A DNA stretch of 60,671 nt, taken from positions 1 through 60,671 of the forward strand of contig DLMY01000054.1 of NCBI GenBank assembly GCA_002478275.1. The letters run 5' to 3'. This DNA is from Actinobacteria bacterium UBA7524. GTDB lineage: Bacteria; Actinomycetota; Coriobacteriia; Anaerosomatales; UBA912. Shown in pieces: positions 19,030 through 28,634 of the stretch. A model generated the notes under the pieces. It did no database searches. It saw nothing but the letters and a program-made list of their open reading frames with translations, and was not told the origin of the DNA. Position 1 is the stretch's first letter; each line of letters begins with the position of its first letter. The position numbers and the translations under genes are program-made.

Positions 19030-19572
19030 TCAGGTGTCGATCGGTGGTGTCAGATTCATGTTCACCAGGTCGACGAGGTTCGCCCCGGACGCCCCGGCCA
19101 AGAGGCTGCCCCGGCCGAGCGTCATCGCGTAGACGATGTCGGACAAATGGTGGACCAGGATCCCCGCTTCCCGCATGAGCTCCAGCTCACGTTCGTACTT
19201 CACCTTGTGCACCACAAGTTCGTGGGTCCAATCCGCGTCGCACAACCGGGTTCGGAGCTTGACCTTCGACGGGTAGTGGAACTTCTTGTGCGTCCACTCA
19301 GCGATTCCCTCTCGGAGCTCATCGTCAGAACGGGTCTTCGCACTTCCAGAGGCGCGACCGGTGCTCCTCTGCACATGCGTGGGCACGTTGGTGATGTAGC
19401 TTACAGGGTGCACCGAGGCTTGAACTTCGACGTGACGACACACGGGGGCGCCGTCATTGAACTTGATCGCGAGCAGGTCCATCTCATGGACACCGAGCTT
19501 GATGCCGCGAATCGTGAAGAAACCCTGCCGGTTGAGCCACTCCTCAACGAGCTCTTCCGCGAGTAGCGCCAT
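19030..19572 (-). CDS. PD-(D/E)xK-like nuclease
   Basis: AEELVEEWL...EMDLLA...HVEVQAS nuclease-like pattern. Confidence 0.7.
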   Translation of the reverse strand: MALLAEELVEEWLNRQGFFTIRGIKLGVHEMDLLAIKFNDGAPVCRHVEVQASVHPVSYITNVPTHVQRSTGRASGSAKTRSDDELREGIAEWTHKKFHYPSKVKLRTRLCDADWTHELVVHKVKYERELELMREAGILVHHLSDIVYAMTLGRGSLLAGASGANLVDLVNMNLTPPIDT

Positions 19573-19649
19573 CCCGACCCCCGTCCACCTCGTGAATCCG
19601 TGACCCGAGCATACCGCAGACAGGCGGCGCATTCTGCGAATAGCGCACG

Positions 19650-20132
19650 TCAGGTGCGCAGCACCAGTTCGTATTCGAGCTCGTCCTCGATCGCGACGCA
19701 GCCCTCTCCGAGGAGAGGGATCTCAGGCTTCAGCGCCCGGGCTGACGTCACCGCGCCGAGGTGGACTGCGACGAGCGACCAGCCGCACGCACGATAGAAG
19801 TGTTGTGCATTCGTGTTGTCATTAGTCGTCACGAGCCAGACACGACGGCACCCGGCAGCCTTCGCCTGTTCGGCAAGTGCCCCCAGAAGCGCGGTGCCGA
19901 CGCCACGACGAGACTGCACTGCAATGAGTGTCACGACCTCTATGTCGCCCGCATCGTCGAGGCGGTAGTGCAACAGACCGACCGGCACTCCAGAGTCATA
20001 GGCCGTCAGACACGGTAGGCCGACCGTCTCATGCACGCGACCTCGAGAGACCACGCGCACTGAGCCGAAGTGATCAGCGACGAGCGCCTCAGCCGACGCC
20101 TGATCAGCACGATCGAGTGAACGAACCTCCAC
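19650..20132 (-). CDS. GNAT N-acetyltransferase
   Basis: RRGVGTALL and LVTTNDNTNAQHFYRACGW motifs. Confidence 0.9.
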   Translation of the reverse strand: MEVRSLDRADQASAEALVADHFGSVRVVSRGRVHETVGLPCLTAYDSGVPVGLLHYRLDDAGDIEVVTLIAVQSRRGVGTALLGALAEQAKAAGCRRVWLVTTNDNTNAQHFYRACGWSLVAVHLGAVTSARALKPEIPLLGEGCVAIEDELEYELVLRT

Positions 20133-20185
20133 GTTGCCCCCGATTGACCCACTGCGCCCAGCAGTCCAGCGCTTCCCGCTGGCGA

Positions 20186-20539
20186 TTAGGTGGTTCGAAC
20201 GAGGAACGGCGCGAAGGAGACACCGCTGTCAACGGGAACCACGTTGCGGAACCGATCAGGGAGATCCACAGCGAGCTCGAGGCTCACCCTAGCTGCGTCA
20301 TCCCTGACGTGGAGAGCCGCCAGATTCTCTTTCACGAATCCAACGGGGATACTCAGGTGGTGAAGCTCGGATGTCCGTCCATCAAAGAGAGCCAGGTCAA
20401 CAGACTCAGCCTCTGTGTCGGCGAGCGCTGACAGTGGGATATCAACCCACCAAACATCCTTCGCTGAGTTGATGTTCGCGAACCGCGTCAGTTGAGTCGG
20501 CTCGATTCCCAGTCGTGCGAGAGCTTGCGCCTTGTCCAC
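20186..20539 (-). CDS. hypothetical protein
   Basis: 117-aa ORF with GGAGG RBS, just downstream of attC-like site 5. Confidence 0.65.
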   Translation of the reverse strand: MDKAQALARLGIEPTQLTRFANINSAKDVWWVDIPLSALADTEAESVDLALFDGRTSELHHLSIPVGFVKENLAALHVRDDAARVSLELAVDLPDRFRNVVPVDSGVSFAPFLVRTT

Positions 20540-20556
20540 CCTCCGACCCCTTCCCT

Positions 20557-20657
20557 GTGCGACAGCGCGTCAGCATTCCAGCTGAGGCGCCGCCCGACCT
20601 TCCCTGCCCGAGTCTACCGCACCCGGGTGCGTCTTCTGCTCGACGCTCAGGTTGGGC
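20557..20657 (-). other. degenerate attC-like site 5
   Basis: minus strand begins GCCCAAC (perfect RYYYAAC) just after the ATPase stop, has imperfect arms and ends gtcgcac. Confidence 0.5.
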
Positions 20658-20671
20658 ACTCAGGAGCCACG

Positions 20672-22960
20672 TCAGCCGATCACCTTCAGGGCCTTCTTGG
20701 CGTACAGCTCCGTACTCGTCGCGTTCAGAACCTCATCCCCGGGAGCATGTGTTGAACCGTGGTGGCGGTGGTTCGTCGCTTTCGCGATTACCTTGATGTC
20801 GGATAGGCTGGGCTTCATGCACGCCAAGGATGCTGCCGGGTCCGCAGACTCAATTCGCTCGGCCATGGAGCCAAGCCAGTCCTCTGCGCCGAACTCACCT
20901 GGGAAGCGCTGGCGGAGGTAGTCCTCCAGGAACGGTCGCAGACTCCGCGAGGCAACCTCCCAACTCACAGCTTCGCCAGCCACGTAATCCGCAATAGTGA
21001 AGTAGTTGCGGAAGTAGTCCGTGGCGAGGTCACGATCCATTGTGTCCCACTCTCGGACGCAGCTCGTCGTACCCTCACGACGAATGCATAGCACCTTGCG
21101 TACGTCACTGGCGGTAGCGCGATAAAGCATATGGGCAAGTCTGGGCTCGTGTGTGAGGACCACAACCTGCGACAGGCTGTTCATCATGGAGACAAGCGTG
21201 TCCGCGATGAGCAGTCTGCGCTCCTGATCGAGACTGTTCACCGGATCATCGACCACAACAACAACGTCAGCGAGATCCGCCCGATTCTTGACGTGGGCCA
21301 TAAAGAGGGCCAGCGCGAACAGGTTCTTCTCGCCATCACTCAATGTGTTGCCGAAACAAGGCACGTCCTTCACAACAGCCGGCTTGCCGAGAGGGACACT
21401 GATGCCACCAACGCTTATCGAGTAGTCCACACTCGGCGGCTTCGTCTGGTGGTTCGCTCGCGGGTTCTCGATTCTGATTGCCGAGCCGAAGTGCTTGAGG
21501 TAGGTATTCATGTCATCGCGGTATCGGGCCAACAGAGATTCGATACCCTGATTCATCTGCTGCCTTGCGGCCTGCCCATCAGCCGTGATCTTGGCCTTCT
21601 TGGCGGTGAGCTCAGAGAACTCGACGCAGAGCGAGGAGACTGCACCCTCATACCTCTGCTTCTGATTATGAAGCTGGTCAATCTGCCTCTGCAGCCCCAC
21701 CAGGTCGGCGCTTTGAACGGCGGCAACGAAATCAGTGATTTCGTTAGAGGCGGCGCCGAGTTGAGCTTCCGCCCGCTGCACAACCCCCAGAGACTCCTTG
21801 AGCAATCGGAGGTGCTCCTCTATCGGCGCGAAGTCGACCGCACGGAGTGGGTCACCCTTCTTCATCTCAATCGCCGTCCGAATGGCAGCACATGAGTTCA
21901 CCGCTAACTCGATGGACGGCGCCAAGTCGGTCGACAGCGCAGGGACGTCGATCTTGGGCACCTGCCCCTCCCACGTTCTCGCGACATCGCGTTGCCGCAG
22001 CACTCGCTCCGCATCCCGCTCGAGAGTAGTCGGGTCATATTGCTCAAGAAGAGCCCCGAGGTCAGCGTTCAAGCTCCGCTCGTAGTCTTCATACGCTGCA
22101 CTGAAGTACTGCCGAAGAGCCGCGTAGAGTTCCGAGTCATCGAGCGACTGGTCACAGAAGGGACACCTGGCTTCGTCCACGTACTTCATACCCTCGCGCA
22201 ACCAAGAGCCCCCAGCTCCTGCCATCCTCTGTTGTCTGTGCGCTGCCACCCGTGCAATCGCCTCGACCGAGATGGAATCGATTGAACGCGCCATGACACT
22301 GCGTAGTGGACCCTCATCCGGGCTCAGAAGGTGCACGCGGGTCGGAAGCGGCTTTGATGCAATAGCTGCGATATCCCGCGCAGCGGCGAACTTCCGCTTG
22401 GCCTCATCAAGAAGGGCGTCAACGTCCTCAAGGGGCTGCAGGCCAACGAAATCGCCAACGCTTGAGGTGCCACGAATGTGCGACCTGATGCCGGCCTCCA
22501 CATCACGTAGGCGCGCGTTCACGTCGTTGAGCTCCTGCCGAAGCTCCTCGAGGCGTTGGCCCTCAGCAACTGCAGTGCGGCCGATGAGCAGGGAGCATAG
22601 GCCCTTCTGTTGGTCGTTGGAAACGTGATCACCTGAGTAGACGACTCGGGAGACGAAGTCGCTGCAGAAGACTTCCAGCTCCGGACATGTGGAGTCCCAC
22701 TCGCCATGACTGAATGTGTGCATACCAGCCGAGGACAGTATGCGTACTGTCGGCTCGCCGCTGGCGCCGAGGGTCTTCCTGCCTAGGATGGTGCCTGCAG
22801 TCCCTTCTCTCAGGGAGTCGAGAACTGCGGCGAGAGTCGTCTTTCCGATGGCATTATCGCCATAGACGATGGTCAGCTTCTTGAACGTCTGGTCTCCAAC
22901 GGCCGCATGCTGCCTCAGCTTGCCAACGTTGGAGATCTCAACGACCTTCTCAATCATCAC
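20672..22960 (-). CDS. AAA_13/RloC-like SMC-type ATPase with zinc hook
   Basis: YGDNAIGKTT Walker A, CPFC hook in coiled coil, LSDGEK signature, VVVDDPVNSLD Walker B, LTH, C-terminal NHRHH. Confidence 0.85.
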   Translation of the reverse strand: MMIEKVVEISNVGKLRQHAAVGDQTFKKLTIVYGDNAIGKTTLAAVLDSLREGTAGTILGRKTLGASGEPTVRILSSAGMHTFSHGEWDSTCPELEVFCSDFVSRVVYSGDHVSNDQQKGLCSLLIGRTAVAEGQRLEELRQELNDVNARLRDVEAGIRSHIRGTSSVGDFVGLQPLEDVDALLDEAKRKFAAARDIAAIASKPLPTRVHLLSPDEGPLRSVMARSIDSISVEAIARVAAHRQQRMAGAGGSWLREGMKYVDEARCPFCDQSLDDSELYAALRQYFSAAYEDYERSLNADLGALLEQYDPTTLERDAERVLRQRDVARTWEGQVPKIDVPALSTDLAPSIELAVNSCAAIRTAIEMKKGDPLRAVDFAPIEEHLRLLKESLGVVQRAEAQLGAASNEITDFVAAVQSADLVGLQRQIDQLHNQKQRYEGAVSSLCVEFSELTAKKAKITADGQAARQQMNQGIESLLARYRDDMNTYLKHFGSAIRIENPRANHQTKPPSVDYSISVGGISVPLGKPAVVKDVPCFGNTLSDGEKNLFALALFMAHVKNRADLADVVVVVDDPVNSLDQERRLLIADTLVSMMNSLSQVVVLTHEPRLAHMLYRATASDVRKVLCIRREGTTSCVREWDTMDRDLATDYFRNYFTIADYVAGEAVSWEVASRSLRPFLEDYLRQRFPGEFGAEDWLGSMAERIESADPAASLACMKPSLSDIKVIAKATNHRHHGSTHAPGDEVLNATSTELYAKKALKVIG

Positions 22961-22991
22961 CGAACCCCCCGGATCACACCCGCGGTGACTA

Positions 22992-23091
22992 ATGTGACGC
23001 CTCGGCGCTTCAGCAGCGGCGTGCCAGCGAGCGCTTACCAGCCGAGTCTAACGTATGAGGCGCGCCGTCTGTGTGGAAGCGCGGGCTAGAC
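22992..23091 (-). other. degenerate attC-like site 6
   Basis: minus strand gtctagc-ccgcgcttccacacagacggcgcgcc pairs with ggcacgccgctgctgaagcgc-cgaggc-gtcacat, with extra C and A. Confidence 0.7.
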
Positions 23092-23105
23092 ACACCCGGT
23101 GCTGC

Positions 23106-23579
23106 CTACGGACGAACGTCCCGCGTGACTGGCTCGGGCGTGTCGTGAGCAACAATCTCTGCGAACTCCTCGTCTGTCGGGGCCTCAGCGCTCAGTTGAT
23201 GCTCGTACTGACTTCTGCAGAAGCGCGGCGACCCATGGAGTCGCTTGCTGCAGGAGCCCGCTGCAGCCTGTGCGATTGCATTGACGGCCTGTACGTAGTC
23301 TGGTCCGAACGATGGATCCACGACGAGTGCGACGGTTGCCAGGGTGGGCTCAACCCATTGCACTGAGTTCGTCTTGAAGTCGCGCACTTCCTTGTTCCGA
23401 AAGTCAGCGCTCAGAGCCATCAGCACCAACTCCTCTGCCGCATCGCGCAGGACGTGTAGCCGCCAGCAGTAGCGGAACTGATCTTCAGCCTCGCAGCCGC
23501 GCTTGCATGCCCCGACGAAGTAGACCTCCCCGGTCAGCGGGTCCTTGCCCAGCGGGCACTCACGACCTTTGACCTCCAC
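23106..23579 (-). CDS. Cys-rich hypothetical protein (cassette-like)
   Basis: 157-aa ORF ending just before attC-like site 6. Confidence 0.5.
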   Translation of the reverse strand: MEVKGRECPLGKDPLTGEVYFVGACKRGCEAEDQFRYCWRLHVLRDAAEELVLMALSADFRNKEVRDFKTNSVQWVEPTLATVALVVDPSFGPDYVQAVNAIAQAAAGSCSKRLHGSPRFCRSQYEHQLSAEAPTDEEFAEIVAHDTPEPVTRDVRP

Positions 23580-23839
23580 ATGGACCCCCTGTCAGGCGAT
23601 ACCCGTTGTGCCTAAACCACGGTTGAGCAGTCCGCAGAATCTTCACCCACATCTTACCTGCTTCTACACTGCCCCAAGGACTCATCTTCACGCAACGACC
23701 GAGGCGCTCGCTCGGTGCAGCACTCGCCACTCCTGAAGCCCACCGAAGGCTGTTCTCCGGCCAATAGGCGAGTGAATGGCGAGTTTCCGAGCCCTCCCCG
23801 CCCTCGCCAACCAGCGCGTGTCGACCTCTTTACGCAGGT

Positions 23840-23869
23840 CAGCCCGCCTATTTTGCAATAGACGGGCTG
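23840..23869. terminator. hairpin next to the att site
   Basis: cagcccgcctatt/aatagacgggctg stem, downstream of the minus-strand tRNA 3' fragment. Confidence 0.55.
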
Positions 23870-23878
23870 TCTAGAATC

Positions 23879-23936
23879 TGGTGCCCCCAAGGGAATTCGA
23901 ATCCCGATAGTGCTTGTGACTATTGGGACTCGTTGG
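23879..23936 (-). mobile_element. att-like site: tRNA(Glu)-like 3' fragment plus element end, copy 1
   Basis: reverse complement GGGATTCGAATTCCCTTGGGGGCACCA (T-loop, acceptor strand, CCA); 56/58 identical to 60614-60671. Confidence 0.88.
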
Positions 23937-24032
23937 GACTCGTTGGTACAGCGGAGCTGCGGCGAGTCCCAATAGGTACCAACGAGTACCAACAGTCACC
24001 ATGTATTTGGGCAACAAATCGGGCAACAAATC
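23916..24032. repeat. element-end repeats (candidate integrase arm / Xis binding sites)
   Basis: tandem ttgggact/ttggtac units inverted against gagtcccaa/gtaccaac units, then gggcaacaaatc twice. Confidence 0.7.
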
Positions 24033-24188
24033 CGAGGCATCATGCGAAGAGCCTCATGAGTCCTTAACGACATCATGAAGCCCAAGCGTGATCCATTCAC
24101 GGGAGCCGCGTAGAGTCCGCGATAGCTGACCGCCGAAAGCGCCGCGGAGGTGCAGCGGGCCCGTCTCAAGCAGCGCCAATCCGTCCGG

Positions 24189-25013
24189 TTAGCCGTCAAC
24201 CGCGAACTCCATCGTCTCGATCAACCCCGACATCACCGAGAAGGCGTACTGCCTGAACTGCTCGTCGCTCAGGCCGGGGAAGGCCGTGGGCGGCTTCTGG
24301 TTGAGAAGCGCATCGACACCACTAGACTCCGGCCCGTCGAAGATCGCGTTCAGGTTCTTGAGGCTCTTCTTGAACCATGCCGGCTTCTGCGCGGCGAGGC
24401 GCTCGAGTTCCGCGTCGATCGCCTCTCGCCACTCCGGAAATGCGTCCAGCACGAAGAAGACGTAGTAGAGATCCTTCTCCGCTTTGAGCCGGTCCCGGCG
24501 ATTCCTGAACACCAGCGACTTGTGGAAGACGAAGGTGCCGGGCCTCGGGACGAGGATCGTCAGGGCGACGACTCCGTCGGTCAGGCCGGCGAGGTCGACC
24601 GGCCACGGGCTATCGAGCAGGAGCCCGACGTAGTGCAGCTCTTGGGCCGTGAGATCGGGCTGCACCATGATCGCGGCCTCGGACGCGCCTGGCGCGTCGG
24701 TGATGAACTCGATCTCTACTTCGTCATCGCCAAGGGTCGCGACGTACTTCGTGACTGGCGGCGAATCCAGCGAGTGGAACTCACAGCGGAAGCTGGCACT
24801 CTTGAGCAGCTCATCGATGCTCCGGCTCCTGACGGGCACCGACCGGGGCACGGCGAGGTCGATGTCGCGTGTCCGAGGTGACCGGCCCGCCGCGGCGGCA
24901 TCGTAGAGGAGTTCGTAGATGTGCGGCACCCATCCCCCGGCAACGACGACCACGTCGAGGTAGGGTTCGATGGCGGCAAGGCCGCGCGCAAGGACCGGGT
25001 CGAGCCGGCTCAC
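24189..25013 (-). CDS. nucleotidyltransferase-fold protein (AbiEii-like toxin)
   Basis: VVVAGGW...RTRDIDL and FHK...KAEKDLYY motifs. Confidence 0.8.
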   Translation of the reverse strand: MSRLDPVLARGLAAIEPYLDVVVVAGGWVPHIYELLYDAAAAGRSPRTRDIDLAVPRSVPVRSRSIDELLKSASFRCEFHSLDSPPVTKYVATLGDDEVEIEFITDAPGASEAAIMVQPDLTAQELHYVGLLLDSPWPVDLAGLTDGVVALTILVPRPGTFVFHKSLVFRNRRDRLKAEKDLYYVFFVLDAFPEWREAIDAELERLAAQKPAWFKKSLKNLNAIFDGPESSGVDALLNQKPPTAFPGLSDEQFRQYAFSVMSGLIETMEFAVDG

Positions 25014-26283
25014 GGTCGATCATCCCGTTCCACGAGCGAGCGCAGGCGTCGTTCGTAGAGGTGCTCGGCCTGCTCCCGGCCACGGACGGGATAGTCGTAG
25101 AGGTCCAGATAGAGCTGGAGGTCGGAGGCCACGCTGATCCCGCCTTTCGACATCTGCCGGTCGTAGAACGCCGACTCCCGGTAGTAGGGCACCGATATGT
25201 TGACGTTGCCGCCGCGCTCGACTCGCCGTGCGCCGAGGGCTGCAAGCGCTGGCACCGCATCTTCGAGTTCCCTGACGTAGACGTCCGCGACGTCGAACAC
25301 AGTGTAGCGGTCGACGAGACTCGCACCGGCGTGGCCCGTGAGGACGTAGTCGGCACCCTTGGCGTCGAACGCCTCGGCGATGCGGGGCAGGAGGTCCTCA
25401 GCGCTCGGCGCGAGGACGAAATAGCTTGCCGGGACCGGCCGGCGACGACCTCGATACGCCGAGGTCCAGTCGCGCAGCAGCTCGTTGGCATGGCGAAGCA
25501 TGATCTTCTCATCGCTCCTGGACACGTAGCCGCGCCTCTCGAGCTCCCCNNNNNNNNNNNNNNNNNNNNNNNNNNNNNNNNNNNNNNNNNNNNNNNNNNN
25601 NNNNNNNNNNNNNNNNNNNNNNNNNNNNNNNNNNNNNNNNNNNNNNNNNNNNNNNNNNNNNNNNNNNNNNNNNNNNNNNNNNNNNNNNNNNNNNNNNNNT
25701 AGCCGCGCCTCTCGAGCTCCCCGACCATCTTGGACACATAGCCCGGGGTGAGCCCGATCCGCTCGTCTTTCGATCTGACGGTGTTCGCTATCTCACGCAC
25801 ACCCATCGGGGAGCGCGCGACGAGGAGGGTGCGGAGCACGAGCGACGCCTTGTCGGAGAAGAGGTCGCGTTGCCCGCGCTCTTCCTTGCCGGGGTTGGCG
25901 AAGCCGCGGCGATCGATGTGGATCCCCGGCACCACGAGCCACGCGTTGCCCGCGTAGTCGATGAAGGCCGCGTTCGCGTCGCGCAGCAACTGCTGGCTGG
26001 CCGGGCTGAGGTATGCCGAAGCGATGACCGTGATCGAGGATCCTTCCCCCGCGGGGGCAAGGCGCGCCAGCTCGGCGGCATCGATCAGCTGCGCCCGGCT
26101 GAAGGCGTGTTGCAGCATGACCCGGAGATGAAGACTCCCGTTCGCGAAACGCACGTCAACCTCGGCCGCTGATGCATGGCCGCGCAACTGGCTCGGACTC
26201 AGCTCGACGGCCGCGCCAGGGAAGATCTCCCGAAGCGCGTGCTTCAGACTTTGATACTCGTCGTCCATGCTTGCAGCAGCCAT
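25010..26283 (-). CDS. AbiEi-like type IV TA antitoxin (spans an assembly gap)
   Basis: SAYLSP, FIDYAGN, wHTH region and C-terminal ASDLQLYLDLYDYPVRGREQAEHL; gap flanks share tagccgcgcctctcgagctcccc. Confidence 0.8.
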
Positions 26284-26337
26284 GTTTCCTCCGACATATC
26301 TGTTTCCCACACAGGAAACACCATACTCCTTGGAAAC
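26283..26337. promoter_or_regulatory. candidate AbiEi operator repeats
   Basis: tgtttcc twice and ggaaac twice, including the IR tgtttcc-cacaca-ggaaaca at 26301-26320. Confidence 0.5.
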
Positions 26338-26404
26338 CTTCGCGGCAAATGGCACCGTTCACGCATTCCTCAGGCGACGGCTCCAACTGCGGCCCGAATA
26401 CTGC

Positions 26405-28522
26405 CTATCGCTTCCACTTCAGGAGCCGAATCCCGTTTACTGTGACTATGATCGATGCACCCATGTCGGCCATGATCGCCATCCACAGTGTGAGCCATCC
26501 GGGGAACATGAGCAGCAGCGCGAGCATCTTGATGCCGATCGCAAACGCGATGTTGACCTTGATCGTCCGCAGCGCCGCGCGGCTCAGCCCAACGGCGAAG
26601 GGAAGCTGCGCCAGGTCATCGGCCATGAGGGCGATATCGGCCGTTTCAAGCGCGGTGTCGGTTCCTGCTCCCCCCATGGCGATGCCGACGGTCGCGGTCG
26701 CCAGCGCCGGAGCGTCGTTCACGCCGTCGCCGACCATCGCGACCTGACCATACTCGCCCATCAGACTCGTCACGGCGCTGAGCTTCGCTTCAGGCAGCAA
26801 CCCGGCCCGGAACTCATCGACGCCGGCCTGGGCTGTGATCGCTGCTGCTGCTGCCGGGTTGTCACCAGTCAACATGATCGTGTGTTCGATGCCCATCTGC
26901 TTCAGTGCCGCCACGGCATCCTGGCTCGTGTCGCGGACCGCGTCGGAGATGCCGATGACCCCGATGAGAACCCCGTCCCGCTCGACGAGCACTGCGGTCT
27001 TGCCATCCCCATGCAACGCAATGACAGCAGACTCCGCATGAGCGAAGTCCGTGTTGTCGGCAAGCATCCCGGGACTGCCGACCGCCATCTCATGTCCGTC
27101 GACCGCGGCCTTCACTCCGAGACCCGACAGGGATTGCATCTCATGGATGGGCAGCAGCGCTATGGAGCGTGCTTCGGCCTCGCGAACGATCGCGGCCGCA
27201 AGTGGATGTTGCGAACCGCACTCCAGCGACGCCGCCAGCTGAAGCAACCTGGTCTCATCGGTGCCGCTCAGAGGCACCACATCGGTAACCGATGGTCGAC
27301 CCTCGGTGAGCGTGCCGGTCTTGTCGAAAGCGATGGCCCGTATCGCACCCATCTGTTCCAGGTGGATGCCGCCCTTGATAAGGACACCGTGCCTGGCAGC
27401 ATTGCTGATGGCACTGACGATCGATACCGGCGTGGAGACCACGAGAGCACACGGGCAAGAGACGATGAGCAAGGAGAGTCCACGGTATATCCACGGCTCC
27501 CACGCCTGAGCGAAGAGCAGCGGGGGTGCGAGCACAACCCCTGCAGCAAGTGCCAGGACTACCGGCGTGTAGACCGCAGCGAACTTGTCGACGAACGCCT
27601 GGGACGGAGCCCGTTTGGTCTGCGCCTCCTCGACCATGTGCACGATGCGGGCAACGGTCGTATCGTGCACCAGGCGCGTCACACGCACCCTCAGCAGACC
27701 CTCGCCGTTGAGCGTCCCAGCGAACACCTCCGCGCCTTCGGCCTTCTCGGCAGGGACAGACTCGCCGGTGATGGTCGCCTCGTCCAGGGTGGACGCTCCC
27801 GCCTCGATGAGGCCGTCAAGCGCGAGCTTCTCGCCGGGACGCACGACCATCAGGTCCCCCACGGCGACGCCCTCGACTGGCATCTCCGTGATGTGGCCAT
27901 CGGGGATTTGGATGCGAGCGGTCTTAGGGACCCCGCCCATCAGGTCGCCGATCGAGCGCCGTGCACGCTCCATGGTCCAGGACTCGAGCATCTCGGATGC
28001 GGAGAACAGGAAGGCCACGACCGCCGCCTCCTCCCAGGCGCCGATAGCACCAGCACCGAGGATGGCCACTGACATGAGCACGCTCATGTTGAAATCGAGC
28101 TTGGGAAGAGAGAACGCTGCCTTGCGCAAGTTGCTCCAACCACCGAGCACGATCACGGCTATGTAGAGCGACATGAATACAGGGCTGGCTGCGCCCAGTC
28201 TCTCGGCTGCGGCGCCGACCGCGAGCAGAACCCCAGACGCGATCGTTCGAACCAGCTCCCAATCGACACCCTCTTCTGTCTGCGGCGCGGCGCAGCGCCC
28301 TTCGGCGGTCTGGATCCGGTAGCTCTCCTTGCGGCCTTCAGCCCTGATGGCGTCGAGGTCCAGCGCGCCCTCAATCACGAGCTTGCCCGCCGTCGGATTG
28401 AGCTGTACCCCGGTCACGCCGGGGAGTCTGGCCACGTTCTTCTCGAACTTGGCCGCACAGTCGAGTCAAGTGATTCCTTCGATGAGCAGGGTGTGCTTCT
28501 GTGTGTCGAAGGGTGCTGGCAT
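26405..28522 (-). CDS. cadA: heavy-metal P1B-type ATPase (CadA/ZntA-like), probable selenoprotein
   Basis: TGES, CPC, DKTGT and GDGVNDAP; AGGAGG plus ATG at 28522 reads EGIT-UGA-LDC in frame (HMA CxxC position). Confidence 0.9.
28430..28454 (-). promoter_or_regulatory. candidate bacterial SECIS element
   Basis: GGCCA-A-GUUC-GAGAA-GAAC-G-UGGCC; apical loop begins with G, 21 nt after the UGA. Confidence 0.7.
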
Positions 28523-28553
28523 TGGTTGCCTCCTAGGTGCGGGCGGGATACAC

Positions 28554-28618
28554 TCAAACAGTCAAGCGTGTGTTTGAACATACTCGCCGTCCAGTATCAT
28601 AGTCAAGTAGCCACTTGA
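28554..28618. promoter_or_regulatory. CadC/SmtB-type operators
   Basis: IRs tcaaaca/tgtttga (28554-28577) and tcaagt-agcc-acttga (28603-28618) between the divergent cadA and cadC. Confidence 0.7.
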
Positions 28619-28634
28619 GTATTTTGGAGGTCAC

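Noticed and set aside
23879..23960. Complete tRNA gene
   Set aside because: Only the T-loop and 3' acceptor strand are present; no D or anticodon arm follows. The same holds at 60614.
25527..25722. AbiEi-like gene split into two ORFs
   Set aside because: A 23-bp sequence is duplicated across the gap; artefact.
26267..28072. Long antisense ORFs (601 aa here, also 49924-51267, 40983-42104, 5323-6321 and others)
   Set aside because: Shadow ORFs opposite well-supported genes in high-GC DNA, with no recognisable motifs.
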